Source: Candidatus Humimonas hydrogenitrophica
GTDB lineage: Bacteria; Gemmatimonadota; Gemmatimonadetes; Palauibacterales; Palauibacteraceae
Direction of reading: 5' to 3'
Length of the DNA: 64,000 nt
NCBI GenBank assembly: GCA_947581615.1
Contig: CANPVD010000094.1
Coordinates: forward strand, 15,336-79,335
Shown here: in pieces, positions 28,316 through 38,120 of the stretch
Layout: each line of letters starts with the position of its first letter
Position numbering within the stretch: the stretch's first letter is position 1
Notes under the pieces: model-generated
What the model was told of the DNA's origin: nothing
Database searches by the model: none
Seen by the model: the letters and a program-made list of their open reading frames with translations, nothing else
Program-made: the position numbers and the translations under genes

Positions 28316-30211
28316 GTGAGCCCGAGCAGGCCGCCCTCCAGGCCGGAAACAGGCCAGGCGCCCCCGGCCCGCATCGCGTACTGCGACGGGTCGCGGCTGC
28401 GCCGGGCCCTGCTGGCCGCCGCCGAGCAGGTCGCGAGAGACCGCGACGAACTGGACCGGATCAACGTGTTTCCCGTGCCGGACGGCGACACGGGGACCAA
28501 CCTGGCTCTCACGCTGCGCTCGGTGGCCGAGGCGGTAGGACCGCTGGATCGCGCGCCCCTCCACGAGGTCGCCGACGCGGCCGCGCGCGCCAGCCTCCTG
28601 GGCGCACGCGGCAACTCCGGCATGATCCTCTCCTATTTCCTGCTGGGCTTCGCCCGTCACCTGGGCTGCCGCGCACGGGCGGGCGCCCGCGAGGTCGCCG
28701 AGGCCGTGCTGGCATCCTCCCGGTCGCTCGCCGAGGCGCTCGAGGCTCCCCGCGAGGGGACGATTCTCACCGTCGTCCGGGAAGCGGCGACCTCCGGGCG
28801 GAACCGAGTCGACGAAGGACAGGACCTGTACGACTGGCTCCGCGAGATGCGGGGGGCCGCACGGCGCTCCCTGGACCGCACCCGGGACATGCTCCCGTCG
28901 CTGCGCGAGGCGGGGGTCGTGGATGCGGGCGCCAAGGGGTTCGTCGAGATGCTCGAGGGCGTCTCCACGCTGGTGGACCTGGGTCCCGTGCCCGTGGCTA
29001 CGGGGGTGACCGGCGGCGAGGACGCTATGGCCGGCTCGGCCAGGATGGCCTTAGCGACCTTCGATCTCTCTCCGGCGGGCCCGGGGGCCGTGACCGGGAC
29101 CCGGGCGATCGAAGACGAGGGACGCTACTGCGTGCAGATGACGCTGGAGGCGTCCGATCTCCCTTCGTCCGAGGCTCTCCGGCGCCGCCTCTCGTCCCTG
29201 GGAACCTCGCTGATCGTCGTGCGCTCCGGGGACCTGGCTCGCATCCACATCCACGCCGACGAACCGGGGGCCGTCGAGTCGTCGCTGGCGTCGCTCGGCA
29301 CCCTGGTCGCGACGCGTGTGGAGGACACGCGCGCCACCGGAACCGGCACGGCCGTGCGCCCGGGTGTCGTGGTCACCGACTCTTCGGCGGACCTGCCCTC
29401 ATCGTGGGTGCGAGAGAAGGGCGTCGAGGTCGTCCCGCTGCGGCTCATCGTGGGCGATGAGACGTATCTGGACGGTCGCGACCTGGAATCCGGGGAAGTC
29501 CTTCGGCTCCTCCTCGACCCGAACGCTCCCCAGCCCACCACGTCGCAGCCCCCGGCGGCAGACTTCGAGCGGGCCTTCCGCGGGGTACTGGAGTCGGGCG
29601 CCGATGGCTACCTGGGGATCTTCCTGAGCTCGGCCGTCTCGGGCACCTTCGCGGCGGCGCGCACGGCGGCCCGGGCCGTGGGCGAGGGTCGTGGGGTGCT
29701 CGTCGATTCTCGGAGCGGTTCGCTGGGTCTCGGATTGCTGGTGATTCGGGCGGTGGAGCTGCTCGAGACGGGGCTCCCGGTGCCGCGCGTGGCCGAGGAG
29801 CTCGAGCGCATCCGGTCCCGGTCCAACCTGCTGTTCACCGTCGACAAGATCGACTGGCTGCTTCGCTCGGGCCGGCTGGGTCGCGGGCAGGCCTGGATCG
29901 CCCGGCTCATGGGCATCATCCCGGTTCTGCAGCTCGATCCGGCCGGGAACGTGGTTCCCCGGGCCCGGGTACGGGGCCATGAGGCGGCGCGCGAGGAGAT
30001 CTTCCGTGCGCTCGACGAGGGGCTCGCGGGTGCGCGGCGCTACCGCATCGGCGTGGTGCACGCCGGGGTCCCCGATCTGGCCGAATCGCTGGAACGCGAG
30101 GTCCGCGAGCGCTACGATCCGGTGGAGACCTACTGCCGTCCGATCACGGCCGTGCTGGCGGCCCACGCCGGGCCCGGCGCGTGGGGAATCGCCTACCAGG
30201 TGGAGAGTTAG
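28316..30211 (+). CDS. fusion protein: FakA-type DAK2 (DhaL) domain plus DegV (FakB-type) fatty-acid-binding domain
   Basis: In-frame 631 aa of ORF 28019..30211, starting at GTG 28316. N-terminal motifs 'INVFPVPDGDTGTNL', 'GARGNSGMILS' and 'VVDAGAKGF'. Middle segment 'GTSLIVVRSGDLARIHIHADEPG'. C-terminal part 'VVVTDSSADLP...TTSQP...SSAVSGTF', which is typical of DegV. Confidence 0.8.
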   Translation: MSPSRPPSRPETGQAPPARIAYCDGSRLRRALLAAAEQVARDRDELDRINVFPVPDGDTGTNLALTLRSVAEAVGPLDRAPLHEVADAAARASLLGARGNSGMILSYFLLGFARHLGCRARAGAREVAEAVLASSRSLAEALEAPREGTILTVVREAATSGRNRVDEGQDLYDWLREMRGAARRSLDRTRDMLPSLREAGVVDAGAKGFVEMLEGVSTLVDLGPVPVATGVTGGEDAMAGSARMALATFDLSPAGPGAVTGTRAIEDEGRYCVQMTLEASDLPSSEALRRRLSSLGTSLIVVRSGDLARIHIHADEPGAVESSLASLGTLVATRVEDTRATGTGTAVRPGVVVTDSSADLPSSWVREKGVEVVPLRLIVGDETYLDGRDLESGEVLRLLLDPNAPQPTTSQPPAADFERAFRGVLESGADGYLGIFLSSAVSGTFAAARTAARAVGEGRGVLVDSRSGSLGLGLLVIRAVELLETGLPVPRVAEELERIRSRSNLLFTVDKIDWLLRSGRLGRGQAWIARLMGIIPVLQLDPAGNVVPRARVRGHEAAREEIFRALDEGLAGARRYRIGVVHAGVPDLAESLEREVRERYDPVETYCRPITAVLAAHAGPGAWGIAYQVES

Positions 30212-30253
30212 TTTCGTGAGGCTGCCGTTCGTGACCGTACGTCCGGGAGGGGC

Positions 30254-30661
30254 ATGACCGAGGGGGGGGAGCGAAGCACGCAGGTGGTCTCCGGGGACGA
30301 GCTGCGCCTGGGCGATCCGGGCATGCCGCCAGAGCTCTCCCTCCTCGTCGATGCCGGCCTCGAGCGGCACGCCCGCGAACCGGTCATCCTGGATCTCCGC
30401 GGACTGTCCGACGCCACCGACTTCTTCTTCATCGTGTCCGGCGACTCGGACGTCCACACACGCTCCATTGCCGAAAACCTGGTGCGGCGCCTGGATGAGC
30501 ACGGCTTCGAGCCGGTCGGAATCGAGGGTCGGTCGAGCGGGCGCTGGATCCTGCTCGACTACGTCGACGTCGTGGTGCACGTCTTCCTGCCGCGGGTGAG
30601 AGAGTTCTACCGACTGGAGCAACTGTGGGGCGACGCGCCACGCACGACAGTCGAGGCATGA
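30254..30661 (+). CDS. rsfS: ribosome silencing factor RsfS (iojap)
   Basis: 135 aa. 'DATDFFFIVSGDSDVHTRSIAENL', 'WILLDYVDVVVHVF' and 'REFYRLEQLW'. Confidence 0.9.
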   Translation: MTEGGERSTQVVSGDELRLGDPGMPPELSLLVDAGLERHAREPVILDLRGLSDATDFFFIVSGDSDVHTRSIAENLVRRLDEHGFEPVGIEGRSSGRWILLDYVDVVVHVFLPRVREFYRLEQLWGDAPRTTVEA

Positions 30662-32292
30662 GCGGGTCGCGCCCGGCCCGGACCGGAAGGGCCGTTCTCG
30701 CCCTGGCGGTGCTGGCGCTGGCGGGTTGCGGGGGCGGGGCGGGCGGTCCGACCTCCCGCTCGGTCGGTGACACCGGCGCCCTGCGCGGCGTGTCTCTGGT
30801 GGTCGGAACCGAGGTCGGCGACTGGTCCCTGTTGGTGGTGCCCGGCTCGGGGGGCAAGGCCACGTCGCGGGACGTGAGGGACCCGACGCGGGTCCTGTGG
30901 ACCGGTTCGACCGACCTGCCCGCTGCTCGCGAAGTCCATGCACTGGAGGGTCCGGTGCTGGTCCTCAGGACGGCGGATGGCGCCGTCTACCGTTACGACC
31001 CCACCACGGACAGCCTCGGTCGTGTGGGCCACGTCGCCTCGGATGCCCGGTGGGATGCGTGGGGCGCGTACGGCGCCTACCTGGATCGGTCGGACGGGCG
31101 CGTCCTCGAGATCGGACCCGAGGGGGCCTGGGAGTTCGCACTCTCCGGCAAGCCCCGCTGGGCCAGCCCCGTGGAGGACGGTGGTCTCGCGGTCCTGCAC
31201 GATGAGGACGGCCAGGCGGCATCCGTGTGGCTCGTGAACCGTGGTGACTCCACCCCCTCGAGCCGAACCGGCCCGGGCTACGCGGGGCCGGGCCTCACGA
31301 CGGCGTGGGGCAAGCGTCTGGTGCTCACGGCGGCGGGCGGGAACGGGGTCCGGGTCCTGGCCGTGCCGTCCCTGGCCGAGGCCGAGGACATCGATCTGGG
31401 AGGTTCGGTGTCCGCGCTGGCGGCGTCTCCCTCGTCGCACGACGTGTACGCCGCGCTCTCCGATCCCCCCCGCGTGATCAGCGTCAACCGCTTCAGTCGG
31501 GAGACGCGCGTCCTGGCTCGCGGGGACACGTCGATCACCGCGCTGCGTTCGGCGGTGCTGGGTCAGTTCCTGCTGGGGCGGGAGGGGCGCCGCGTCGCCT
31601 GGATTCCGCTCGGTGGCGCCCCGCCGAAGACGACCGAGGCCGATTGGCGCGAGGACCTTCCGCTGGGAACGCCGTCGGGGGACGTCCTGTTCGTCCGGGG
31701 GGACAGCCTCTACTCCTGGACCCCGGCGACGGGCCTGGCGCCCGTCGCGGTGGAGGCCCCAGCGGACGGCTGGTGGTCGGCCGTGCGCTGGAACCCCGCG
31801 CCGCCGCCGGTCCGCATGGCGAGCGTGGACTCCGCCTCGGCGGGTCCGCGGGGTGCGGCGGTCGACAGCTCCGCCCGGCGGATCGCCGTCGACACGGGCG
31901 CGACCGACACCTCGCCGCGGACCCCGCCAGCGGCTCCCCGGACCGCACCGGCCGATACCCTCGCCGCCGGGGCCGGGGCGCAAGCCGACAGCGGCACGAC
32001 CTCCACGCCCGCCCTCCATCCCGAGGCCGGGATCTACGCTATCGTCACGTCCGCCCAGGCGATGTCCGGCGTCCGGACGCTGCTCTCCGAGCTGTCCGCG
32101 GCCGGCTATCCCACCGCCATCCAGCGGTATCTCGACGACGCGGGTCAGGTATGGTACAGGGGCATGGTCGGTCCGTACCCGTCGCGAGATGCGGCCGAGG
32201 CGGCCGCACGGCAGCTGCGCCGGGAACGCTCGCTCAAGGTGTGGGTGACCGAAGTCCGCCCCGGCTCGTTGTCGCCGGAGAACCCGCGCTGA
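30658..32292 (+). CDS. lipoprotein with a C-terminal SPOR domain
   Basis: In-frame part of ORF 30625..32292. ATG at 30658 overlaps the rsfS stop (ATGA). Lipobox 'LALAGC'. The C-terminus 'IYAIVTSAQ...YPTAIQRY...VWYRGMVGPYPSRDAAEAAARQL' is SPOR-like. Confidence 0.7.
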   Translation: MSGSRPARTGRAVLALAVLALAGCGGGAGGPTSRSVGDTGALRGVSLVVGTEVGDWSLLVVPGSGGKATSRDVRDPTRVLWTGSTDLPAAREVHALEGPVLVLRTADGAVYRYDPTTDSLGRVGHVASDARWDAWGAYGAYLDRSDGRVLEIGPEGAWEFALSGKPRWASPVEDGGLAVLHDEDGQAASVWLVNRGDSTPSSRTGPGYAGPGLTTAWGKRLVLTAAGGNGVRVLAVPSLAEAEDIDLGGSVSALAASPSSHDVYAALSDPPRVISVNRFSRETRVLARGDTSITALRSAVLGQFLLGREGRRVAWIPLGGAPPKTTEADWREDLPLGTPSGDVLFVRGDSLYSWTPATGLAPVAVEAPADGWWSAVRWNPAPPPVRMASVDSASAGPRGAAVDSSARRIAVDTGATDTSPRTPPAAPRTAPADTLAAGAGAQADSGTTSTPALHPEAGIYAIVTSAQAMSGVRTLLSELSAAGYPTAIQRYLDDAGQVWYRGMVGPYPSRDAAEAAARQLRRERSLKVWVTEVRPGSLSPENPR

Positions 32293-32299
32293 CCGACCG

Positions 32300-33745
32300 G
32301 TGACCCCGCCGCCGGACGACCGGGTCGCGGATCGCCTCGGGGGCCTCCCCGACGGAGGCGCGGTGGTCCTCGTCGTGATGGATTCGGGCGACGACGCCCG
32401 CGCCGCGGCCGAACGGGCGGTCGGCGTCGCGAGGACGCTGGCGGCTTCCCGTCCGCACGTCCTGCTCGCCGGCATCGGTGGCGCGGGCGTCGTCCTGGAC
32501 CGCGTCCGGGCCGCGTCCGGCGCGGGTCTCGAGGCGGTGTTTCGGGGCGAAGCGTCTCTCTCCGAAGTCGCGGTACGGACGGGCCACGGCGAGCCCATCT
32601 ACCTCCCTTCCGGCGTGCCCGAGGCCGGCCGAGCGCCGAACCGGGAGGAGGCCGTTCGGCGCGCGAGGCGGCTCGGAGCCGTGCTGCGGAAGGCTCGTGG
32701 CACGCTGGTGCTGCTCCTGGATGCCGAGGTGGCGACCGCGGATGGGCTGGCCGAATCCGTCGACCTCGTGCTGCGGGGCGCCGGGCCCGAGGGGGCGGGC
32801 CCCGAGGTCGCGCCGGCGGCAAGGGTCGGTCCGCCGGTGGCGATCGACGCGCAGGAGGAGGCGCGTCGAAGCAAGCGAGGCCGGTGGCGTCGCCACCGCA
32901 AGCGCGGTCAGACGGCCGTGGCCCGGGCGGTCGCCGCGATCACGCTGGTTGCGGCGGCTGTGGGAGGGTGGTGGATCACCATCGAGATCTTCGGCCCCGA
33001 GCAGCCGGCCACGACGGAGCTCGCGCCCCGGGCCGCGGGGGCCGAGACCACCGCGGTGGGAGCGGGCAAAGGGTCCGACCCCGGCCCCCGGTCGGGCCCG
33101 ACCGAGTCGAGCCGGGCGCCGAAGGACGCGAAGGAGGCGGCGCCCGCCGCCGCGAACCGCGTCGCCACCCATGGAGCGTCGCGGCCGTCCGGCACGACCC
33201 CGGCGGCCGGCCCGGCGGCCCCGCTGCCGGCTTCCCGCGTGGCCGATCGGGCCCCGGCCCTCCCGTACTCGGTGCTCATCGCGAGCTACTCGAGGCGGGG
33301 CGACGCCGTGAGCCGGGCCCGCCGGTGGTCCGCCGCCGACGACATCCTGTACCTCGTGGCTCCGACGCCGGTGCAGGGCCGCGTGTACTACCGCCTGTTC
33401 GCCGGCGCGGAGGAGAGCCGGGACGATGCCACGCGGCTCATGAACCGCCTGGTGCACCGGGGACGTAAGGAACAATCGAGCACGTGGGACGTGCGGCCCG
33501 TCTCGCTCGCCTTCAGGCTGGCTCTGCGGGCCACCCGAAGGGCGGCTGCCGCGCGGGCTGACTCTCTGGCCACACGAGGGTTCCCGACCTACGTGATCGC
33601 GGCGGTGGCCGCGGACGACACGGTGTGGCAGGTGTACGCCGGGGCGTTCGAGTCGGCGGACGCGGGCGCCGTGCTGGCACGGGCGCTGGCGAAGTCGGGA
33701 CAGGAGGCGAACCTGGTGACGAGGCGGGGAACGGGGGGACGATGA
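32300..33745 (+). CDS. bitopic membrane protein with two C-terminal SPOR-like domains
   Basis: 481 aa. A cytoplasmic N-domain of unknown type is followed by a TM segment 'VAAITLVAAAVGGWWITI' and a Pro/Ala linker. Two SPOR-like repeats follow ('YSVLIASYSRRGDA...YYRLFAGAEESRDDA' and 'FPTYVIAA...WQVYAGAFESADAGA'). Confidence 0.7.
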   Translation: MTPPPDDRVADRLGGLPDGGAVVLVVMDSGDDARAAAERAVGVARTLAASRPHVLLAGIGGAGVVLDRVRAASGAGLEAVFRGEASLSEVAVRTGHGEPIYLPSGVPEAGRAPNREEAVRRARRLGAVLRKARGTLVLLLDAEVATADGLAESVDLVLRGAGPEGAGPEVAPAARVGPPVAIDAQEEARRSKRGRWRRHRKRGQTAVARAVAAITLVAAAVGGWWITIEIFGPEQPATTELAPRAAGAETTAVGAGKGSDPGPRSGPTESSRAPKDAKEAAPAAANRVATHGASRPSGTTPAAGPAAPLPASRVADRAPALPYSVLIASYSRRGDAVSRARRWSAADDILYLVAPTPVQGRVYYRLFAGAEESRDDATRLMNRLVHRGRKEQSSTWDVRPVSLAFRLALRATRRAAAARADSLATRGFPTYVIAAVAADDTVWQVYAGAFESADAGAVLARALAKSGQEANLVTRRGTGGR

Positions 33746-36700
33746 AGATCCAGAAGCTCACGCTCCAGGGGTTCAAGTCGTTCGCCGACCGGACCGAGGT
33801 GAAGCTCCACGACGGCATCACAGCGATCGTGGGTCCCAACGGATGCGGGAAATCGAACATCTCCGATGCCCTGCGCTGGGTGCTCGGCGAGCAGCGGCCG
33901 TCGGCCATCCGGGGTGCCCGAATGGAAGAGGCGATCTTCGGCGGTACCTCCCAGCGCAGCCCCATCTCCCGGGCCGAGGTGTCTCTCACCATCCTCAACG
34001 ACGATGGCGCCCTGGCCCTGCCGTACAGGGAAGTCGTCATCGGACGCACGGTGTACCGGGGCGGAGAGGGCGAGTACAGGCTCAACGGCGAGGTCGTCCG
34101 CCTTCGCGACATCCAGGACCTGTGCCGCGACACAGGGCTCGGGGCCACGGAGTACTCGGTCATCGAGAGCCGCATGGTCGACGCGATCCTGAGCGATCGG
34201 GCCGAGGAGCGGCGTGCCCTGTTCGAGGAGGCCGCAGAGATCGGGCGTTACAAGGACCGTCGTCGGACGGCATTGCGGCGGCTGGACCAGGCGCAGACCG
34301 ACCTCGAACGGCTCGAGGACGTCATCGGCGAGGTCGGGACGAAGGTGCGGTCGCTGGCCCAGCAGCGCGGGCGCGCCGAGCGTCACAGGGAATACCGTGA
34401 CCGGCTCCTCCGGCTGGAGGTCGCGGTAGCGGGCGCCCGCCTCGAGGACCTCACCACCAGGATCGAGTCCCGCGAGGCGGAGCTCGATGAGCTCCGGCGC
34501 CGCCAGCCGGGCGAGGAGGGTCGGCTGCGCACGCGGGAGACCGAGGCGGAGGCCCTTCGGGTGCGCATCGCGGAGGCCGAGCGCGCGCGCGGCGAGCGGG
34601 CTCGGGATCTCGAGCAGGTCCGGAGTCGCATCGAGGAGCAGGAGAGACAGCGCCTCGTCGGCGCGGAGCGGTCCGCCGCCGCCGAGCGCCGCATCGAGGC
34701 GATCGGGGAGGAGCTCTCGGATCTGGCATCCCGCCGCGAGCGCCTCGAGTCCGAGTCGGGGCGGCTGGAGGAGCGGACCGCGGCCGAGGAGGCGGATCTC
34801 ACCGGCCTGCGCGAGCGCGAGGCGGAGCTTCAGGCACGGTCGGAGACCCTGGCCGGTGACCGGGACGCGGCCCGTAGCGAGGAGGAGGCGGCGGAGGAGC
34901 GGGCCGCCTCCCTCGGGCGGGACATCCGGCTCGGGGAAGCCGAGGAGGAGGCTCGCGAGGAGCGCATCGCCGAGCGGGCCGCGGAGCTGGAACGCCGCCG
35001 GTCCGAGCTTCGCGACCTGGGCGAAGCCGCGGGCCGGCGAGCCGAGGAGCTGGAGTCGGCCCGGCGGGAGGCCGAAGCAGCGTCCAAGCGGGCGGCCGAG
35101 CTCGCCCGCCGGCACGAGGAGGCCGAGCGAGAGGTGTCGGCTCGGCGGGAGGACCTTCGCGGGCTGCGTGAGAAGCTGGCGTCCCTCGAGGGTGAGCTCG
35201 CGTCGGAACGAGCCCGGGCCGCGGGCCTCGAGAGCCTGCTGGCTTCCGGCGGAGATGTCCCCGCTTCCGTGGCCGCGCTCCTGGAGCGGTCGGACGAGAT
35301 TCCCGGGTTTCGTGGCCTTCTGGCGGACTCCATCTCCGTGAACGCCGAGTTCGCGCCGGCCGTGGAGGCGGCGCTCGGCGCGTACCTTCACGGTCTCCTC
35401 GTCGACGGGTGGGACGGAGTGCGCGTGGTGCGGCGGTTGCTGGACGAGGACTCCGAGGAGGGCGTCCTTCTCCTGCCGCTGGATCCCGGACCACGCCGTT
35501 CCGCCGGCGGAGCGAAGGCGGGCCGGGGTCGACCCCTGGTCGACGTGGTCCGGCCCCATGGAGCCGGTGCCGCCTGGGTCGAAGCACTCCTGGACGGCGT
35601 GCGGCTCGACGCGGACGGAGAGCTCGCCTCGCGGGGCGGGAGCTGGGTGGCGCCGGACGGGAGCGGCGAGGACCGGTGGGGTGCCGTGCGGCTGGGACAG
35701 CTCGCCGCGGCCCGCGGCACGGTGCGCCGACGGGCGGAGCTGGAGGAGGCACGGGAGGCGGCCGCCAGAAAAGGGGAGCGGGTCGAATCGCTACGGGGAG
35801 ACGTCGCCGAGATGGGAGCCCGTCTGGCGTCTGCTGCCGGTCGGGCCTCCGAGCTGGCGGAGGAAGCCACCGACACGGCGCGGTCGTCCCGGGAGGCGAC
35901 CGAGAGGGCCGAGGCGTCGGCGGCACGGCTCGAGCGCGCGTCCCGCGAGCGCGAAGAGGCGTCGGCGCGGATCGCGGAGCTCGAGGGCAGCCTGGCGGAG
36001 GCACGGACCCTTCGACGGCAGGGTGACGAGCGACTGGAGGAGCTCCGGGCCGAGCTCGACCGGGCGTCCGAGGGCCTGGCGGGCGTCCGGGAGCGCTCCC
36101 GGCAGGCGCGGGGCGCCGCGGAGGAGTCGCGGGGACGCCTGCACGAGCTGCAGCTCGAGCTGGCCCGGCGGGAATCGGAGCTCGCCGGAGCCAAGGAGCG
36201 ACTGGAGCGGGCGCGGACGGCGACGCGCGAGCTGGACGATCGGCGGCGTCGCCTGGAGGAAGAGCGGGCCGCCGAGGGAGAGGCCCGGGACGCCTCGGTC
36301 CGCCGCCAGGAGGAGGCGGGAGAGGCGCTGGCCGACCTGCTGGAGCGTCGGGCCGAGATGGAGGCGCGCCTCGGCGAGGCCGAGCGGGAGCTGGCGTCCC
36401 GCCGCGAGGCACTGGAGACCCTGGAGCGGGGCCTGCGCGAGGTGCGGCGGAGCGAGCGAGAGCACGCCGAACACCGCCACCGTCTGGAGCTCGAGCTGGC
36501 CGAGATGCGAGGCAAGCGCGGCTCGATCCGGGAGCGGATCGAGGCGGAGTGGGAGGAGACGCTGGAAGCGCTGCTCGAGCGGATCGAGCCCGTCGAGGAT
36601 GGTGGGCCCGACACCTGGTCGCGGGAGCTCGAGGAGATGCGACGGAAGCTCGCGCGCCTCGGGCCCGTCAACCTGCTGGCAGCCGAGGAATACGAGGAGG

Positions 36701-37275
36701 AGAGGGAGCGCCTCGACTTCCTGACCGCGCAGCGCGACGACCTGGTCGAGGCGCGCGACGACCTGCACGCGTCCATCCGGCGCATCAACACCGAAGCCGC
36801 CCGCGCCTTCCAGTCCACCTTCGACCAGGTGCGCGAGAACTTCCAGCGGACGTTCGCCAGCCTGTTCGAGGGCGGCCAGTGCGACCTGTGGCTCGAGGAT
36901 GCGGAGGACCCCCTCGACTCGCCCATCGAGATCTCGGCCAGTCCGCGCGGCAAGCGGACCCAGCGCATCCACCTCCTCTCCGGCGGGGAGCGAGCCCTCA
37001 CGGCACTGTCCCTGTTGTTCGCGATCTACCTGGCCAAGCCCAGCCCGTTCTGCATCATGGACGAGGTGGACGCGCCCCTGGACGAGACCAACATTGGACG
37101 CTTCGTGCAGATGCTGGCCCGGTTCAAGGGTGACACGCAATTCATCGTGATCACCCACAATCCGCGCACGATCGAGGCGGCGGATTGGATTTACGGCGTG
37201 ACGATGCAGGAGCCGGGCGTTTCCTCGGTGGTCGGCGTGGAGTTCGGGAAGCTCCCGGCCGGGCAGGTCGCGTGA
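33742..37275 (+). CDS. smc: chromosome segregation protein SMC
   Basis: In-frame 1177 aa of ORF 33625..37275. ATG at 33742 overlaps the previous stop (ATGA). Walker A 'GPNGCGKSN', long coiled coils, signature 'LSGGERALTALSLLFA' and Walker B 'FCIMDEVDAPLD'. Confidence 0.95.
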   Translation: MKIQKLTLQGFKSFADRTEVKLHDGITAIVGPNGCGKSNISDALRWVLGEQRPSAIRGARMEEAIFGGTSQRSPISRAEVSLTILNDDGALALPYREVVIGRTVYRGGEGEYRLNGEVVRLRDIQDLCRDTGLGATEYSVIESRMVDAILSDRAEERRALFEEAAEIGRYKDRRRTALRRLDQAQTDLERLEDVIGEVGTKVRSLAQQRGRAERHREYRDRLLRLEVAVAGARLEDLTTRIESREAELDELRRRQPGEEGRLRTRETEAEALRVRIAEAERARGERARDLEQVRSRIEEQERQRLVGAERSAAAERRIEAIGEELSDLASRRERLESESGRLEERTAAEEADLTGLREREAELQARSETLAGDRDAARSEEEAAEERAASLGRDIRLGEAEEEAREERIAERAAELERRRSELRDLGEAAGRRAEELESARREAEAASKRAAELARRHEEAEREVSARREDLRGLREKLASLEGELASERARAAGLESLLASGGDVPASVAALLERSDEIPGFRGLLADSISVNAEFAPAVEAALGAYLHGLLVDGWDGVRVVRRLLDEDSEEGVLLLPLDPGPRRSAGGAKAGRGRPLVDVVRPHGAGAAWVEALLDGVRLDADGELASRGGSWVAPDGSGEDRWGAVRLGQLAAARGTVRRRAELEEAREAAARKGERVESLRGDVAEMGARLASAAGRASELAEEATDTARSSREATERAEASAARLERASREREEASARIAELEGSLAEARTLRRQGDERLEELRAELDRASEGLAGVRERSRQARGAAEESRGRLHELQLELARRESELAGAKERLERARTATRELDDRRRRLEEERAAEGEARDASVRRQEEAGEALADLLERRAEMEARLGEAERELASRREALETLERGLREVRRSEREHAEHRHRLELELAEMRGKRGSIRERIEAEWEETLEALLERIEPVEDGGPDTWSRELEEMRRKLARLGPVNLLAAEEYEEERERLDFLTAQRDDLVEARDDLHASIRRINTEAARAFQSTFDQVRENFQRTFASLFEGGQCDLWLEDAEDPLDSPIEISASPRGKRTQRIHLLSGGERALTALSLLFAIYLAKPSPFCIMDEVDAPLDETNIGRFVQMLARFKGDTQFIVITHNPRTIEAADWIYGVTMQEPGVSSVVGVEFGKLPAGQVA

Positions 37276-38072
37276 GCCGCCTGGTCGTCGTCGGAAGCGG
37301 GACGGTCGTGCCCGAGGCCGACCGCGGCTGCTCCTCCTACTACCTGGAGCTCGGCGGGGGCCGCATCCTCCTCGACTGCGGAGCCGGGGCCGTCCAGTCT
37401 CTCGCGCGACTGGGGCTGCCGTGGAGCGGGATCTCGGACCTCGTGATCACCCACTTCCACGCCGATCACGTGGGTGCGGTGCCGGGCCTGTTCTTTGCGC
37501 TCAAGCACGGCATCACGCCCCCCCGCCGGGACGACCTGGCGGTGTGGGGTCCTCCGGGGACGCGGCTCCTGTTCGAGCGGTTGGCGGCCGCCCTGGGCGA
37601 CTACCTGCTGGATCCGGGCTTCCCGTTGGCCTTCCGGGAGCTGACGCCCGGCTCGCGCGCGGAGCTCTCGTGCGGCGTGGCCCTCTCCGTCCACGAGACC
37701 GCACACACCGAGGAGAGCCACGCCGTGCGGATGGACGGTCCGGAAGCTGCTGTGGGTTACACGGGTGACACCGGGCCTGTGGCGGGACTCGGGCGCTTCT
37801 TCGCGGGCGTGGACCTGCTGGTGAGCGAGTGCTCGCTGACCGACGATCAGGTCGGTGACAACCACCTCTCGCCGACGCGGGTGGCGACGATCGCCGCCGA
37901 AGCCGAGCCCGACGTGTTGCTTCTTTCGCACATCTACCCGCACGTTCGGGAGCGACTCGACGTGCCGGCCCTGGTGGCCGCGGCCGGCTGGACGGGTCCG
38001 ACGCGGGTGGCTGCAGACGGGATGTCGGTGGCGCTCCCCGTGGAGTGGGGGCGGAGCGCGAGCGGGAGTTGA
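37272..38072 (+). CDS. MBL-fold metallo-hydrolase (RNase Z/ElaC-like)
   Basis: In-frame part of ORF 37185..38072. GTG at 37272 overlaps the smc stop (GTGA). Motif 'ITHFHADHVG'. Confidence 0.8.
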   Translation: MSRLVVVGSGTVVPEADRGCSSYYLELGGGRILLDCGAGAVQSLARLGLPWSGISDLVITHFHADHVGAVPGLFFALKHGITPPRRDDLAVWGPPGTRLLFERLAAALGDYLLDPGFPLAFRELTPGSRAELSCGVALSVHETAHTEESHAVRMDGPEAAVGYTGDTGPVAGLGRFFAGVDLLVSECSLTDDQVGDNHLSPTRVATIAAEAEPDVLLLSHIYPHVRERLDVPALVAAAGWTGPTRVAADGMSVALPVEWGRSASGS

Positions 38073-38120
38073 GGGAGCCTTGAGCTCCGTCACGAAAGAG
38101 TCTCCAGGAGTCATACGAGC

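Noticed and set aside
34799-37158. Several 450-540-aa ORFs antisense to smc (34799..36412, 35388..37001, 35791..37158).
   Set aside because: The repetitive GAG/CGC-rich coiled-coil coding sequence of smc is stop-free in other frames. The products are poly-R/P/S/A and not credible.
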